Shown here: positions 1-9,181 of the stretch, in pieces
How the letters are laid out: the number at the start of each line of letters is the position of its first letter
How positions within the stretch are numbered: the stretch's first letter is position 1
Origin: Minisyncoccota bacterium
Lineage (GTDB): Bacteria; Patescibacteriota; Minisyncoccia; Phycocordibacterales; XYD1-FULL-46-19
DNA length: 64,000 nucleotides
Assembly: GCA_041649495.1 (NCBI GenBank)
Contig: JBAZMZ010000002.1
Span: 18,793-82,792, forward strand
Direction: 5' to 3'
Made by a program: the position numbers and the translations under genes
Notes under the pieces: model-generated
The model's input: only the letters and a program-made list of their open reading frames with translations
Told to the model about the DNA's origin: nothing
Database searches by the model: none

Positions 1-638
1 GCACACTTGAAGACTACTTAAAGGATCTGGAAGAAGTCAAAAAAGAAGACTTCGTCCTTAAAACCGGTAGTACTTCAAAAAGCCGAGGGGTATTTTTGCT
101 TAAGAATCTAAGGGAAAAAATAAAGATTGCCAAAGTCGCCTCAAGAACTTTTTCTCTAAAAAATCTTCAATACTTTATTGAGTGGATTAAGACGTGGAAA
201 AAACCGTTGTTAATATCGAATTATCGCCAAAAATTTATTTTACAACCCTATATCCAAGGGCTAAGTGGAGATTATCGAGTCGTTGTTTATAACAATAAGT
301 ACTATGTACTATACCGAGCTAACCGTTCTAATGATTTTAGAGCTAGCGGTAGTATGAAGTTTAAGAGTGATATTAACCTGCCTCCTGGCCTTTTAGATTA
401 TGCCAAAAGGGTTTTTGATAATTTTGATGCTCCATATATGGCGTTGGACATTGGTGTAAAAGATAACTCTTTCTTCTTGTTCGAATTCCAATTCTTGTCT
501 TTTGGTCAATACACTTTGGAGAAATCAAAATTTTACTACCAATTAAGAAGCGGTAATTGGGATAAAATTAATGAAGTCCCAGATCTTGAGAGAGAAATTG
601 CCGGTTCTGTCGTGGCACACATTAAAAGGCATCAATAA
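1..638 (+). CDS. ATP-grasp domain protein, 5'-truncated at window edge
   Basis: The reading frame is open from base 3 (no stop upstream of the TTG at 96). Translation shows ATP-grasp-like motifs (FVLKTGSTSKSRGVFLL, DYRVVVYNNKYYVLYR..ASGS). Confidence 0.55.
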   Translation, partial: TLEDYLKDLEEVKKEDFVLKTGSTSKSRGVFLLKNLREKIKIAKVASRTFSLKNLQYFIEWIKTWKKPLLISNYRQKFILQPYIQGLSGDYRVVVYNNKYYVLYRANRSNDFRASGSMKFKSDINLPPGLLDYAKRVFDNFDAPYMALDIGVKDNSFFLFEFQFLSFGQYTLEKSKFYYQLRSGNWDKINEVPDLEREIAGSVVAHIKRHQ

Positions 639-646
639 TAAATACT

Positions 647-2365
647 ATGTGTGGCATTGTTGGTTTTGTTGATAAAAAGAATCGATGGAGTAAGAAAGAG
701 AGAGAAGTGATCGCTAAAAAGATGCTCGGCTTGCTCAATCATCGAGGAGGTGAGGCAGAAGGGTTAATTTCCGCCGGAAGTGTTACTATTGGGCACACCC
801 GGTTATCAATAGTTGATACCTCTTCGCGAGCCGACCAACCTTTTACTGATGGCAATTCTATGCTCTCTTTTAACGGTGAAATCTATAACCATAAAGAGCT
901 TAGAAAGACTTACCTTGGTAAAAAGAAAATAAATTCCTCGTCTGATACCGCAACACTTTTTGAATTGCTTAATTTTGCTTCAATCAAAAAGGTCTTAAGG
1001 CTGATTAATGGGATGTATGCTTTTAGCTTTCTTGATATTAAGAAACAGACGCTGATACTGGCTTTAGATAAACTAGCGATAAAACCTCTTTACTATATTG
1101 ATTCGCCAGAATACTTTGCCTGGGCGTCAGAAGCCAAAGCATTTAAGGTATTACCAAATTTTAAATACCAATTTGAAGAAAAACTGCTTAGCGAATATCT
1201 AGCTTTTAGATACATCGTTGGAGAAAAAACTTTATTTAAGAATATCCGCAAAGTACTGCCAGGAGAGTTTATTACTTATTCTCTTAAGAGCCATAGCTTC
1301 AAAAAAGACCAATATTATCAGTTATCTAAAGGTAAGATCGAACTAGGGACACGGCTGGAAAAAACAATTAAAGATAGTGTAATCAGCCATTTAATGGGTG
1401 ACAATCCGATTGGTATTCAGTTAAGTGGGGGTATTGATTCGAGCCTTGTGGCCCTTTTTGCTCAGAGATCTTCTAAACAAAGGCTCCATTCTTTTTCTAT
1501 TGGTTTAAAAGATAAAAATTGGAACGAATTTTGTTATTCAGATTTTGTTGCAAAGACAATTGGATCTGATCATCACAAAATTATTTTCTCAGAAAAAGAT
1601 TTTGTTAAATTATTTCCCAAATTGATTTACCTTCTCGACGAACCAATGGTTCATCCTAATACCGTTCCAATGTTTTTGTTGGCAAAGGAGGCAAGAAAAT
1701 ATACTAAAGTTCTTCTTACCGGTGAAGGAGCCGATGAGTTGTTTTATGGTTACAATAGATATTTTTCAGACAGCATCAAGAGTAATTCTGAGATACTACT
1801 ATCCAACTCTTTTAGCCAGCCAGAAGAAATAACGAGAATAATTAAACGCAGAGACCCCGTTATCTCCATAGAAAGAGAAAACATTTTGAATAAAACAAGG
1901 GGCTTAAATAGAATTGATAAGATTAGTTTTTACGATATTTATACTTATTTACCGCATGTTTTACTTCGGCAAGATAAAGCGGGAATGGCGGCCAATGTTG
2001 AAAATAGAGTCCCGTTTCTTTACGAACCGGTGGTTGAGAAGGCTTTTAATTTAAAAACAAAGTCTGGGCAATTAGGTGGGAAGACCCCATTAAAAGAGAT
2101 TGCCTTGAAATATTTCCCAGCGGATTTGGTTTTAAGAAAGAAGTGTGGATTTGGTTTGCCAATTGCAGAGTGGTTAAAAGATAAACGCGTACTCCTACCT
2201 TTTGTCGACAAACTAAGTATTCACCCTCGAGTAAATAAGTATTTTGTTAAAAAGGAGGTTGTTGCACTTATCAAGGAACATCTGGAGGGGGTAAATGATC
2301 ATTCTGCAATACTATTCAGCATAATAAGCCTTATGGTTTGGTTTGATACTTTTATAGACGAATAA
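647..2365 (+). CDS. asnB: asparagine synthetase B (glutamine-hydrolysing)
   Basis: N-terminal MCGIVG with Cys2 nucleophile (class II amidotransferase), SGGIDSS PP-loop motif, about 570 aa. Confidence 0.9.
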   Translation: MCGIVGFVDKKNRWSKKEREVIAKKMLGLLNHRGGEAEGLISAGSVTIGHTRLSIVDTSSRADQPFTDGNSMLSFNGEIYNHKELRKTYLGKKKINSSSDTATLFELLNFASIKKVLRLINGMYAFSFLDIKKQTLILALDKLAIKPLYYIDSPEYFAWASEAKAFKVLPNFKYQFEEKLLSEYLAFRYIVGEKTLFKNIRKVLPGEFITYSLKSHSFKKDQYYQLSKGKIELGTRLEKTIKDSVISHLMGDNPIGIQLSGGIDSSLVALFAQRSSKQRLHSFSIGLKDKNWNEFCYSDFVAKTIGSDHHKIIFSEKDFVKLFPKLIYLLDEPMVHPNTVPMFLLAKEARKYTKVLLTGEGADELFYGYNRYFSDSIKSNSEILLSNSFSQPEEITRIIKRRDPVISIERENILNKTRGLNRIDKISFYDIYTYLPHVLLRQDKAGMAANVENRVPFLYEPVVEKAFNLKTKSGQLGGKTPLKEIALKYFPADLVLRKKCGFGLPIAEWLKDKRVLLPFVDKLSIHPRVNKYFVKKEVVALIKEHLEGVNDHSAILFSIISLMVWFDTFIDE

Positions 2366-2391
2366 TGATCATGATATGCTAAAATAAAGCT

Positions 2392-3180
2392 ATGACTTTA
2401 GTCAACATCATTTCAAATCTTAAGTTAAAAGACCAAGTATCAGCTCTCCTTTTGACTGGCTCCGGAGCTAGCTCAGACCTAAAAGACTATAGCGACTATG
2501 ATCTCATAGTTATTTTAGCCAATGACGAAACAGGTGTTAAATCGGTCTACACCTTTATTGATGATAAGTTTTCTGATATTTTCTTTTTTACCGAGCAGAC
2601 CATTAAAGAATTGACTGAAAAGACTGAGGTAAATCCAAATTCAATGGACGGAATTTTACTAAATTGGCTCAATAACGCCAAGATCGAGTTCGATAAGACA
2701 GGATCAATCTCAGAGCTTCAAAACAAGATTAAGAATGGCCACTTCAAAACCGTTATTCCCAAGGATGAAGTTACTAGTGTTTTGAATAAGGTTAATTATG
2801 GTTTTATTTGTAATCAGCGTTACTATCAATCTCAAGACGATCTTTATTTAAAGGCCCTAGATATTAAATTACTTTATAGCGTTGTTGAATTAGTTACGGC
2901 CTATTTTACTTTCCGTCAGATGCCCTGGCGAGGTGAAAAGCAGGCCATCAGCTATATTGAAACTAACGATCCTGCTTTTTATCGCCAGTTCCAAAATTTT
3001 CTGGCCTCTAAAGATATTGATGAGCGGATGCGATTTTATGGTAAGTTGTTTAACATCGCCCTCCCAGAATCTCTTAACCGTTGGGATAACAATATTGTTA
3101 TCGGTGAGCCTCACGATGGATCAAGCGAGGGAAGAGAAATGGCCAAAATCTTTTGGCAAGAGTTAATAAGAGCTTCCTAA
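2392..3180 (+). CDS. putative nucleotidyltransferase-fold protein
   Basis: N-terminal LLTGSGASSDLKDYSDYDLIVI resembles a minimal nucleotidyltransferase GS..D.D motif; rest unrecognised. Follows the ATP-grasp and asnB genes. Confidence 0.4.
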   Translation: MTLVNIISNLKLKDQVSALLLTGSGASSDLKDYSDYDLIVILANDETGVKSVYTFIDDKFSDIFFFTEQTIKELTEKTEVNPNSMDGILLNWLNNAKIEFDKTGSISELQNKIKNGHFKTVIPKDEVTSVLNKVNYGFICNQRYYQSQDDLYLKALDIKLLYSVVELVTAYFTFRQMPWRGEKQAISYIETNDPAFYRQFQNFLASKDIDERMRFYGKLFNIALPESLNRWDNNIVIGEPHDGSSEGREMAKIFWQELIRAS

Positions 3181-3305
3181 ATTTTCTATTTCACGTTTCT
3201 CTTGGTTCATTGTCAGATGAGCCATTTTTTGATATTCTAAAAGAACAATTGAATATGGTGGCCTAAACCTACGCTTTTTAACTAAGGCTGGGCATGGCTC
3301 AAAGT

Positions 3306-3450
3306 CCCATCCCTGACACTGAACCCCGCGTTCAGCAACTCAGGGATGGGCCGTGCACCGAAAGGTGTATGGGGTCGTAAGACCTAGCTAGCGCGGGGCT
3401 TAGTGTTTCTCGCAAACCCTAACACTGCCCCAGTCAGTGTTTTTATTTTC
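3306..3450 (+). promoter_or_regulatory. structured 5' leader: pseudoknotted hairpin, GAAA-tetraloop hairpin and intrinsic terminator just before the start codon
   Basis: 11-bp stem cccatccctga (3306-3316) / tcagggatggg (3340-3350) with 23-nt loop. Loop segment ccccgcg (3324-3330) is complementary to cgcgggg (3392-3398). gcacc-GAAA-ggtgt hairpin at 3355-3368. Terminator aacactg-ccccagt-cagtgtt plus T-run at 3421-3450. An alternative pairing agtgtt (3402-3407) / aacact (3421-3426) could act as antiterminator. Confidence 0.45.
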
Positions 3451-3458
3451 TAAAAAAT

Positions 3459-4061
3459 ATGAATGAAATAATTTACATATTAACCAATGAAGCCATGCCA
3501 GGATATATCAAAATCGGTATGACAAATAATTCTCTGGAAGAAAGAATTCGTCAACTAGACCGAACAAATATTCCACTACCTTTTGAGTGCTATTACGCTT
3601 GCGAAGTAGAAAATGCTCACGAGGAAGAGAAGTGGCTTCATTCAGTTTTTTCAGATAGGAGAGTTCGAGATGGTCGCGAGTTTTTTCAGATTGATCCAGA
3701 AAGAGTTGTTACCGCCATTCGAAAAGTTCAGAAGAGGGATATAACACCGAAGAATTTTATTAACACCACCAAAGAAGAAGAAAAAGAACTGGAAGAAGTG
3801 AAAAGCGTTAGAGCTAAATTTGATTTTACTCATTACGGGATACCCATAAATTCCACCCTAACTTTTTCTCGAGATCAGTCGACAAAAGCGGTGGTATTAG
3901 AAAATAACAAGATAGAAGTTGGCGGAAAAGTCACCAGTCTGTCGGCTTCTGCTCAAGAACTTTTAGGCTATAAGAGAGGCGTGGCGGGGACGCTTTATTG
4001 GCTCTATGAAGATGAGACTCTCGATGAGCGCCGGAGAAGGCTTGAAGGCAATGGTCTCTAA
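3459..4061 (+). CDS. GIY-YIG / T5orf172-domain protein
   Basis: N-terminal IYILTNEAMPGYIKIGMT and ..REFF.. pattern typical of the T5orf172 (GIY-YIG-like) domain. Confidence 0.55.
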   Translation: MNEIIYILTNEAMPGYIKIGMTNNSLEERIRQLDRTNIPLPFECYYACEVENAHEEEKWLHSVFSDRRVRDGREFFQIDPERVVTAIRKVQKRDITPKNFINTTKEEEKELEEVKSVRAKFDFTHYGIPINSTLTFSRDQSTKAVVLENNKIEVGGKVTSLSASAQELLGYKRGVAGTLYWLYEDETLDERRRRLEGNGL

Positions 4062-4195
4062 AAAATGATGACTAGACGACGAGAGTGCCAATCTGTCTAT
4101 AGTTGGTAACTAAGCTTCGCAAAGCGCCAGAACTAAGCTAGGGTACAAGCCAAGGTCGAGAAATATTACAAATTATTAATCATAATAAAATAATC

Positions 4196-4861
4196 ATGGA
4201 TAACGAAAATAAGTCTTCTGAGGTTAAGACTAAAAATATAACCTTGGGATTAGTCGCTAGCTGGGTCATTGGTTTCTGTCTCATTGTCTTTGGGGTTACG
4301 AGTTTAGGTTCCTCTCCCGTGGCCAGTCTCCTTTCCATATTAGTAGGTATTTTTATTCTCCCGTCGGCTAGTAACTTTATACAGAAAAAGTTCAAGTTTA
4401 CAATGTCTCGAGGGATAAAGATTTTGGTCGTTTGTATTGTCCTTGTCGTTATTGGATCTGCTGAATCAAATAATCCCAGCAAATTAATTAAGTCGTCAAA
4501 TTCTAAAAAGATAGCATCTTCCGCTAAAGAGGTGGTTAAGCCAGAAGCTATTAAGATAACGGCAACTGCCTTGGCTGAGGCTTATAAATCTAACGAGGTG
4601 GCCGCTGACGCCAAGTACAAAAATAAATTAGTCGAAGTCTCTGGTTTTGTTGATAGTATTGGGAAAGACATTTTAGATTCCCCATACATTACTCTCAGTA
4701 CCGGCCAATATTCAGTAACATTTATTCAGTGTTTCTTCAGCAAAGCTGATGAGCCAGTGCTTGCCAAGTTTTCCAAGGGCCAATCACTTCGTCTTGAGGG
4801 AGAGGTCTCTGGTTTGACCTTGATCAGCGTTGTTCTAAAGGGTTGTCGGGCTGTTGAGTAA
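4196..4861 (+). CDS. membrane protein with C-terminal OB-fold (tRNA_anti-like) domain; paralog of the 13469 gene by N-terminus
   Basis: N-terminus MDNENKSSEVKTK followed by TM helices matches MDNKNESPEVETK of the 13469 gene. The C-terminal part resembles membrane-anchored tRNA_anti-like OB-fold proteins. Confidence 0.55.
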   Translation: MDNENKSSEVKTKNITLGLVASWVIGFCLIVFGVTSLGSSPVASLLSILVGIFILPSASNFIQKKFKFTMSRGIKILVVCIVLVVIGSAESNNPSKLIKSSNSKKIASSAKEVVKPEAIKITATALAEAYKSNEVAADAKYKNKLVEVSGFVDSIGKDILDSPYITLSTGQYSVTFIQCFFSKADEPVLAKFSKGQSLRLEGEVSGLTLISVVLKGCRAVE

Positions 4862-4921
4862 AGGAGTGCTATACCTACAACAAATGACCTTCAAATTCTC
4901 CGCAAACCAGATATTGGTAAC

Positions 4922-6454
4922 TCAGTTTATTACTTCCAACTTTTTAAACTCGTTAGAATACATCTGCACGATATCGGCCGTGTCGGCCTCTTTCTTGAAG
5001 TCAAAAGCGAAACAACTCTCGTCAATGTCGAGGATGTATTGGAAAGACTCTTGAAAATACAGACGCTTAGTTGCTATATCTGCGAGTTTACTTGAGCTAA
5101 TGTTAAGCCAGTCTACTTCTTCCTGATACGAATTGATAAATTTTGCATACTTTTCTGTCATATCAATATTGAAGATAGACGATATTTTTTGGGCTAACTT
5201 TTTAAATTCACGGAGCGTTTTATGGTTCTTCGTCGGTGCGGCATATTTTTCGATAAAAAGAAAAACATTTCCTATCGGCAAAAGGACCTCAATTTGTTTT
5301 TTGTACTCCCTTACAAAATCAACATCCTCGGTACAGGTGTATAAGCTGGTCCCGGTTAATACCTCCATCGTTCTCGGCATTCCCAAGAATTCTTTTTCAA
5401 ACGTCTCCTTTCCTAGCTTCTTAGTGTTAAACAAATCCTGAAAGTACTGCCTAGATTTTTGTAGTTCTGTATACCAGGCCATAAATATCTCCTTGTGGCT
5501 CATCTTTGTGTTGCCATTCCAAGTGTTAGATTGCTCGCTCATAAAAAGTGGCGCGTGTTCATTGACGAATAATCCATCATTGAGCCATTGCGATAACTTT
5601 TCTTTGACAAGCCTTTCAATTCTCGTATTTTTGTTTCTTGCGCATTTTCCAACGAGTGACAGGAGTCCCTCTTCTGTATCAGCATCCGTTTTGTCGGAGG
5701 CAATATGTTCATCGTTAACCAATTTCTGAAATAGTTCTTTGATTTGCAGTTCAGCAAAAAATGGGTGAAGCAGAAAGCCATCTTTTTCCGCGGTGCTATT
5801 TTTAATTTTCTTAACTCCCTCATAATACATGCGAGAGTAGATACTGTTGATAATCAAATCTTTAGCCTGTTTGCTCAAGATGTTGCCACCGCCAAACCCC
5901 TCATAGAGAAAAACCTGATCTTCTAAATACCTTTCGTCACTTGCGATTTCTTCGTCCAGGAGAAGTAGGTCGCTCTGTATTTCTTTGGGAAGGTTATGAA
6001 AAGTAAATATGTGTAGCACCTTCTTATACTGTAAATGGGTATATTGTGTGAGAAATCGCACGCTCTCTTCAACGGGTAAGTCTTTAATAAACGGTTGGTC
6101 TGTCAAGTCATCAATCCTCCTTGCACGAGAGAGAAAGATATCCAACACCCTTTGGTTTCGTAGAATCGATATTTCTGATTGATAGAGGAACATCTGAGCA
6201 TCCATATGCATGGATCTTTCTAGCCGAGCAATATCGATGTATCTATTATATTCGATTACTTCTGGAGCATTTGCCTTCCATCCTTTTGTTAGCGCGTACA
6301 TGTCGGACTCTGACAGCATATCTTTGCCAGTTTTTTCTCTGTGGACATCGTTATGGACGATCGCCATTACACGCTCAAAAGGAGTTACATTTGATCTCCT
6401 TAAAATGTTACTGAGGCTTTTCATATTACTTGTTTCTTCGCAGTGCATTTTCAA
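4922..6454 (-). CDS. hypothetical protein (510 aa), first gene of a minus-strand mobile-element-like block
   Basis: Long ORF with no recognisable motif. Lies in a block of uniformly minus-strand genes that includes MTases. Confidence 0.55.
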   Translation of the reverse strand: MKMHCEETSNMKSLSNILRRSNVTPFERVMAIVHNDVHREKTGKDMLSESDMYALTKGWKANAPEVIEYNRYIDIARLERSMHMDAQMFLYQSEISILRNQRVLDIFLSRARRIDDLTDQPFIKDLPVEESVRFLTQYTHLQYKKVLHIFTFHNLPKEIQSDLLLLDEEIASDERYLEDQVFLYEGFGGGNILSKQAKDLIINSIYSRMYYEGVKKIKNSTAEKDGFLLHPFFAELQIKELFQKLVNDEHIASDKTDADTEEGLLSLVGKCARNKNTRIERLVKEKLSQWLNDGLFVNEHAPLFMSEQSNTWNGNTKMSHKEIFMAWYTELQKSRQYFQDLFNTKKLGKETFEKEFLGMPRTMEVLTGTSLYTCTEDVDFVREYKKQIEVLLPIGNVFLFIEKYAAPTKNHKTLREFKKLAQKISSIFNIDMTEKYAKFINSYQEEVDWLNISSSKLADIATKRLYFQESFQYILDIDESCFAFDFKKEADTADIVQMYSNEFKKLEVIN

Positions 6455-6620
6455 GGAACTCGACTCGTTCCTTCAATTCTGTATTCACGATGTTTTTGGA
6501 AAGAGTAGAAGCGAGCCGTGCAATCATGGACGCCTGCTTGTGCGATATCTCTTTGCTCAACACTTTGCGAAGAGTGTCCGAAAGGATGTTATTTATTTCT
6601 TCTAAATTAATCGGTTCCAT
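6426..6620 (-). CDS. small hypothetical protein (64 aa)
   Basis: Short helical ORF overlapping the start of the 510-aa gene by 29 nt, consistent with operon coupling. Confidence 0.35.
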   Translation of the reverse strand: MEPINLEEINNILSDTLRKVLSKEISHKQASMIARLASTLSKNIVNTELKERVEFLENALRRNK

Positions 6621-6621
6621 A

Positions 6622-6996
6622 TTAGTGGTTTTCTACGATCTCAAACCACGCACGTACCTCATGGGCTCGACCGCTCTTGATGATGTTCTTGTAGAGGGCG
6701 AAGATGACGTTTGGCGTGAGCTTGCGCGCCCATGCGTTCAAGTTCTTACTCAACCCGTCTTTCTCAAGTCGCTTGTTCCAGTCAGTGAGTGTTCCGACAT
6801 CGATCTCGTACTTCTTCGAGAAATCAAGCTGGGTCTTTATCAACAACAAGTCAAACACTGCCTCTTCCTCAATTCCGAACTTTTCAAGCGCTACTCTCGG
6901 TTGTCCCTTGAGGAATGAAGGAAGAGACTTCCAAAGAGCGTAGGTTTCGTAGACCTGCTTTTTATACGGATCCTTGGAAAAATCTTCTTCCTGCAT
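6622..6996 (-). CDS. hypothetical protein (124 aa)
   Basis: ORF between the small ORF and the MTase. No clear motif; I considered and did not support a small-terminase call. Confidence 0.45.
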   Translation of the reverse strand: MQEEDFSKDPYKKQVYETYALWKSLPSFLKGQPRVALEKFGIEEEAVFDLLLIKTQLDFSKKYEIDVGTLTDWNKRLEKDGLSKNLNAWARKLTPNVIFALYKNIIKSGRAHEVRAWFEIVENH

Positions 6997-7000
6997 ACGT

Positions 7001-7822
7001 TCATACCTTCACCGCCTTTGTTCCGGTGAGTTTCTCAAGTCGCCTGAGCGATGCTTCTACGTATGCCTCGTCAAGCTCGATTCCGATGCACTTTCGACCT
7101 AAGTGTTCGCAAGCGACGGCAATTGATCCGCTTCCAAGGAATGGATCATAGACAACATCGCCAACTTTTGTTGAGTTGGGAATAATTTTTCGCAAGAGTC
7201 CTACGGGCTTTTGTGTGGGGTGCAGTCTCGATCGTGCCGGACGAGGATGGTAGATCACATTCTTCGCTTTGGATCGTTCCATTTTGTGCTTATTAAACCA
7301 GCCGTAGGCGATGAGTTCATACATGGACAAGTAGTCCTTTCGGCTCATGACGGGCTGGTTTTTGAGCCAAATAATCATCTGGCTATAGTAGAAGCCTGCC
7401 GATTTCATGCCAGAGCGCAAACTCGGAAACATCAGGTCGGCATTGAAGATGTAGACCGCATTGTATTCCTCAAGGTAGGGTACGATAATCTCAAGATACC
7501 TGTGAGTGAATTCCTCGTATTCCTCGGCACTTTGTAGATGGTCGCCCACGATTACTTTTTCTTCTCTAACGCCAAGCTTCAAGAGTCCCTTCTTGTTCTC
7601 GACATAGGCAACACCGTAGGGCGGATCAGTCACGACCGCCCGTACCTTATGCGCCCCAATGACCTTACCGACAAACGTTCCATCGAGCGAGTCGCCACAG
7701 GCAATTACATGATCACCGATTTTGAATATATCTCCTCTAGTTATCTCCATAGATTTTCTTTGCTTTAAGGTTGGTAAATTTTTCCCATCGGTCGATGACG
7801 ATAGTTGCAAATATAGGATCAT
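7001..7822 (-). CDS. DNA methyltransferase, beta-class (N6-adenine or N4-cytosine)
   Basis: DPPYGVAY (motif IV) precedes C-terminal FLGSGSIAVAC (motif I). Order IV then I indicates a beta-class amino-MTase. Confidence 0.85.
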   Translation of the reverse strand: MILYLQLSSSTDGKNLPTLKQRKSMEITRGDIFKIGDHVIACGDSLDGTFVGKVIGAHKVRAVVTDPPYGVAYVENKKGLLKLGVREEKVIVGDHLQSAEEYEEFTHRYLEIIVPYLEEYNAVYIFNADLMFPSLRSGMKSAGFYYSQMIIWLKNQPVMSRKDYLSMYELIAYGWFNKHKMERSKAKNVIYHPRPARSRLHPTQKPVGLLRKIIPNSTKVGDVVYDPFLGSGSIAVACEHLGRKCIGIELDEAYVEASLRRLEKLTGTKAVKV

Positions 7823-9008
7823 TTTCTACCCCACGCCAGACACGATTCAATTCTTCACACGCAATCAAATCGCTTCCACTACCTGCAAACCCAGAGAAGA
7901 TAATATGTCCGGGTGCAGAACATCTTTTGAATGGTTTTTCATTTAAGGTGACTGGTTTTTGAGTGGGATGTAGATAGTTTTGGGTGTTGTCCCTTTTTAC
8001 TAACCAGAGGTCTATCATGTCTTGTAATTCGTCCAAGACTTGGTTGCCAGTGGTTACTTCTTGATTAAGAATTTCATTAGCATTTCTAAAGTTGGGGTTC
8101 AAATAGGGCTTATTTACTGTGCCGTATGAGCACGACTCGTACAATCTGTTCCAAGCAATTTTAGGTGTGCAATTCTGATTCGACTTAATCCAAAGACAAA
8201 CTCTTCTTTTTTTGATCCCATACTTGTCGTACATAGATTGTATTAATCCAATACTGTTAGGATCAGACCAGTAGAAGAAATGTGAATTCGGCTTTGCGAA
8301 TTTTTTAGATGTTTCTATGCTTTTATCAATAAATTCCTTGTACTCGTCTTCGCTCTTGTTATCTTTGTATTCTCCACCATACTTTCCTCCATATTCCCAG
8401 GAAATATTAAATGGCGGATCACAGAAAACAATGTCCGCTAGGTCATCTTTCATCAGTTCCTTTACCTGATTCTCATCAGTAGAATCTCCAACCAAAAGCC
8501 GATGCTTGCCAAGTTCATAAATTTCGCCAAGCTTTACCCTTGCAACAGGGGTTTCCTTCAGGGCTTTTCCTAAGTCAAAGTCATCCTCGATTGTATCAAC
8601 ATCATCGAACAAATTCTGAAGTTCTTCGTCACCGAAGCCGACATCAAGGAGAACGCTCATTTCGAATTCCTTGAGTAATTCTTCATTCCATGAACCCGTA
8701 TTTTTGTTGAGACGGAGGTTGAGTTCCTTTTCTTCTTCGAGTGTCAGCTCTCGGGAAGGCACCATACACTCAACATCCTCAATACCAAGTTCGGCGTACA
8801 CCTTGACCCGTTGTTCGCCCCCGATGATAGTGTTAGCTCGCGAACCGATGTTGAGGACGATGGGGACGACCGTCCCGAATTCTTTAACAGACTTTTCTAA
8901 GTCTCTTTTTTCGTTCTCGCTTAACTTACGCGGATTGTATCCGTTTTTGATCAGATCATTTAACTTGCGAGTAGAGGATGACCATGTGATCTTTTGTTGT
9001 CTAGACAT
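7737..9008 (-). CDS. ParB-like nuclease domain fused to DNA methyltransferase
   Basis: N-terminal ParB/Srx-like region (NPRKLSENEKRDLEKS..) plus DPPFNISWEY and FAGSGSDLIAC MTase motifs. Homologous to the 20741-22021 gene. Confidence 0.85.
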   Translation of the reverse strand: MSRQQKITWSSSTRKLNDLIKNGYNPRKLSENEKRDLEKSVKEFGTVVPIVLNIGSRANTIIGGEQRVKVYAELGIEDVECMVPSRELTLEEEKELNLRLNKNTGSWNEELLKEFEMSVLLDVGFGDEELQNLFDDVDTIEDDFDLGKALKETPVARVKLGEIYELGKHRLLVGDSTDENQVKELMKDDLADIVFCDPPFNISWEYGGKYGGEYKDNKSEDEYKEFIDKSIETSKKFAKPNSHFFYWSDPNSIGLIQSMYDKYGIKKRRVCLWIKSNQNCTPKIAWNRLYESCSYGTVNKPYLNPNFRNANEILNQEVTTGNQVLDELQDMIDLWLVKRDNTQNYLHPTQKPVTLNEKPFKRCSAPGHIIFSGFAGSGSDLIACEELNRVWRGVENDPIFATIVIDRWEKFTNLKAKKIYGDN

Positions 9009-9130
9009 AATAATTTGAGAAGAGGGTTTTATTAGACTCTTCTACCCTTATTCGTCATTGAATGACAAAATGACAATTTTCTTCTGACTCTCAGAAGCTG
9101 GAATCCAAAATATCCTTAATACAAAAGACC

Positions 9131-9172
9131 TTTCGCTGGAAACAGCGGAAGGTCTTTATTTCGTCATCTCAG
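9131..9172. terminator. bidirectional intrinsic terminator hairpin
   Basis: agacctttcgctg-gaaa-cagcggaaggtct stem-loop flanked by A/T runs, downstream of the minus-strand gene ending at 9182. Confidence 0.5.
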
Positions 9173-9181
9173 TTGAGATGA

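Noticed and set aside
3306-3450. Assigning the leader elements to a known riboswitch class (ZTP, c-di-GMP, guanidine, fluoride, Mn)
   Set aside because: Only loose resemblances (GGGGTCGTAAGACC versus the ZTP GGGUCGUGAC; CGCAAACC); no full consensus match. Left unclassified.
2020-6414. Short antisense ORFs inside asnB, the nucleotidyltransferase-fold gene and the 510-aa gene (for example 2020-2211, 2890-3114, 5133-5441, 6121-6414)
   Set aside because: They are embedded antisense or out of frame within well-supported longer genes and have no motifs.
6622-6996. Terminase small subunit call for the 124-aa protein
   Set aside because: No HTH or recognisable TerS pattern. The better TerS candidate is 20281-20754, next to the terminase large subunit gene.
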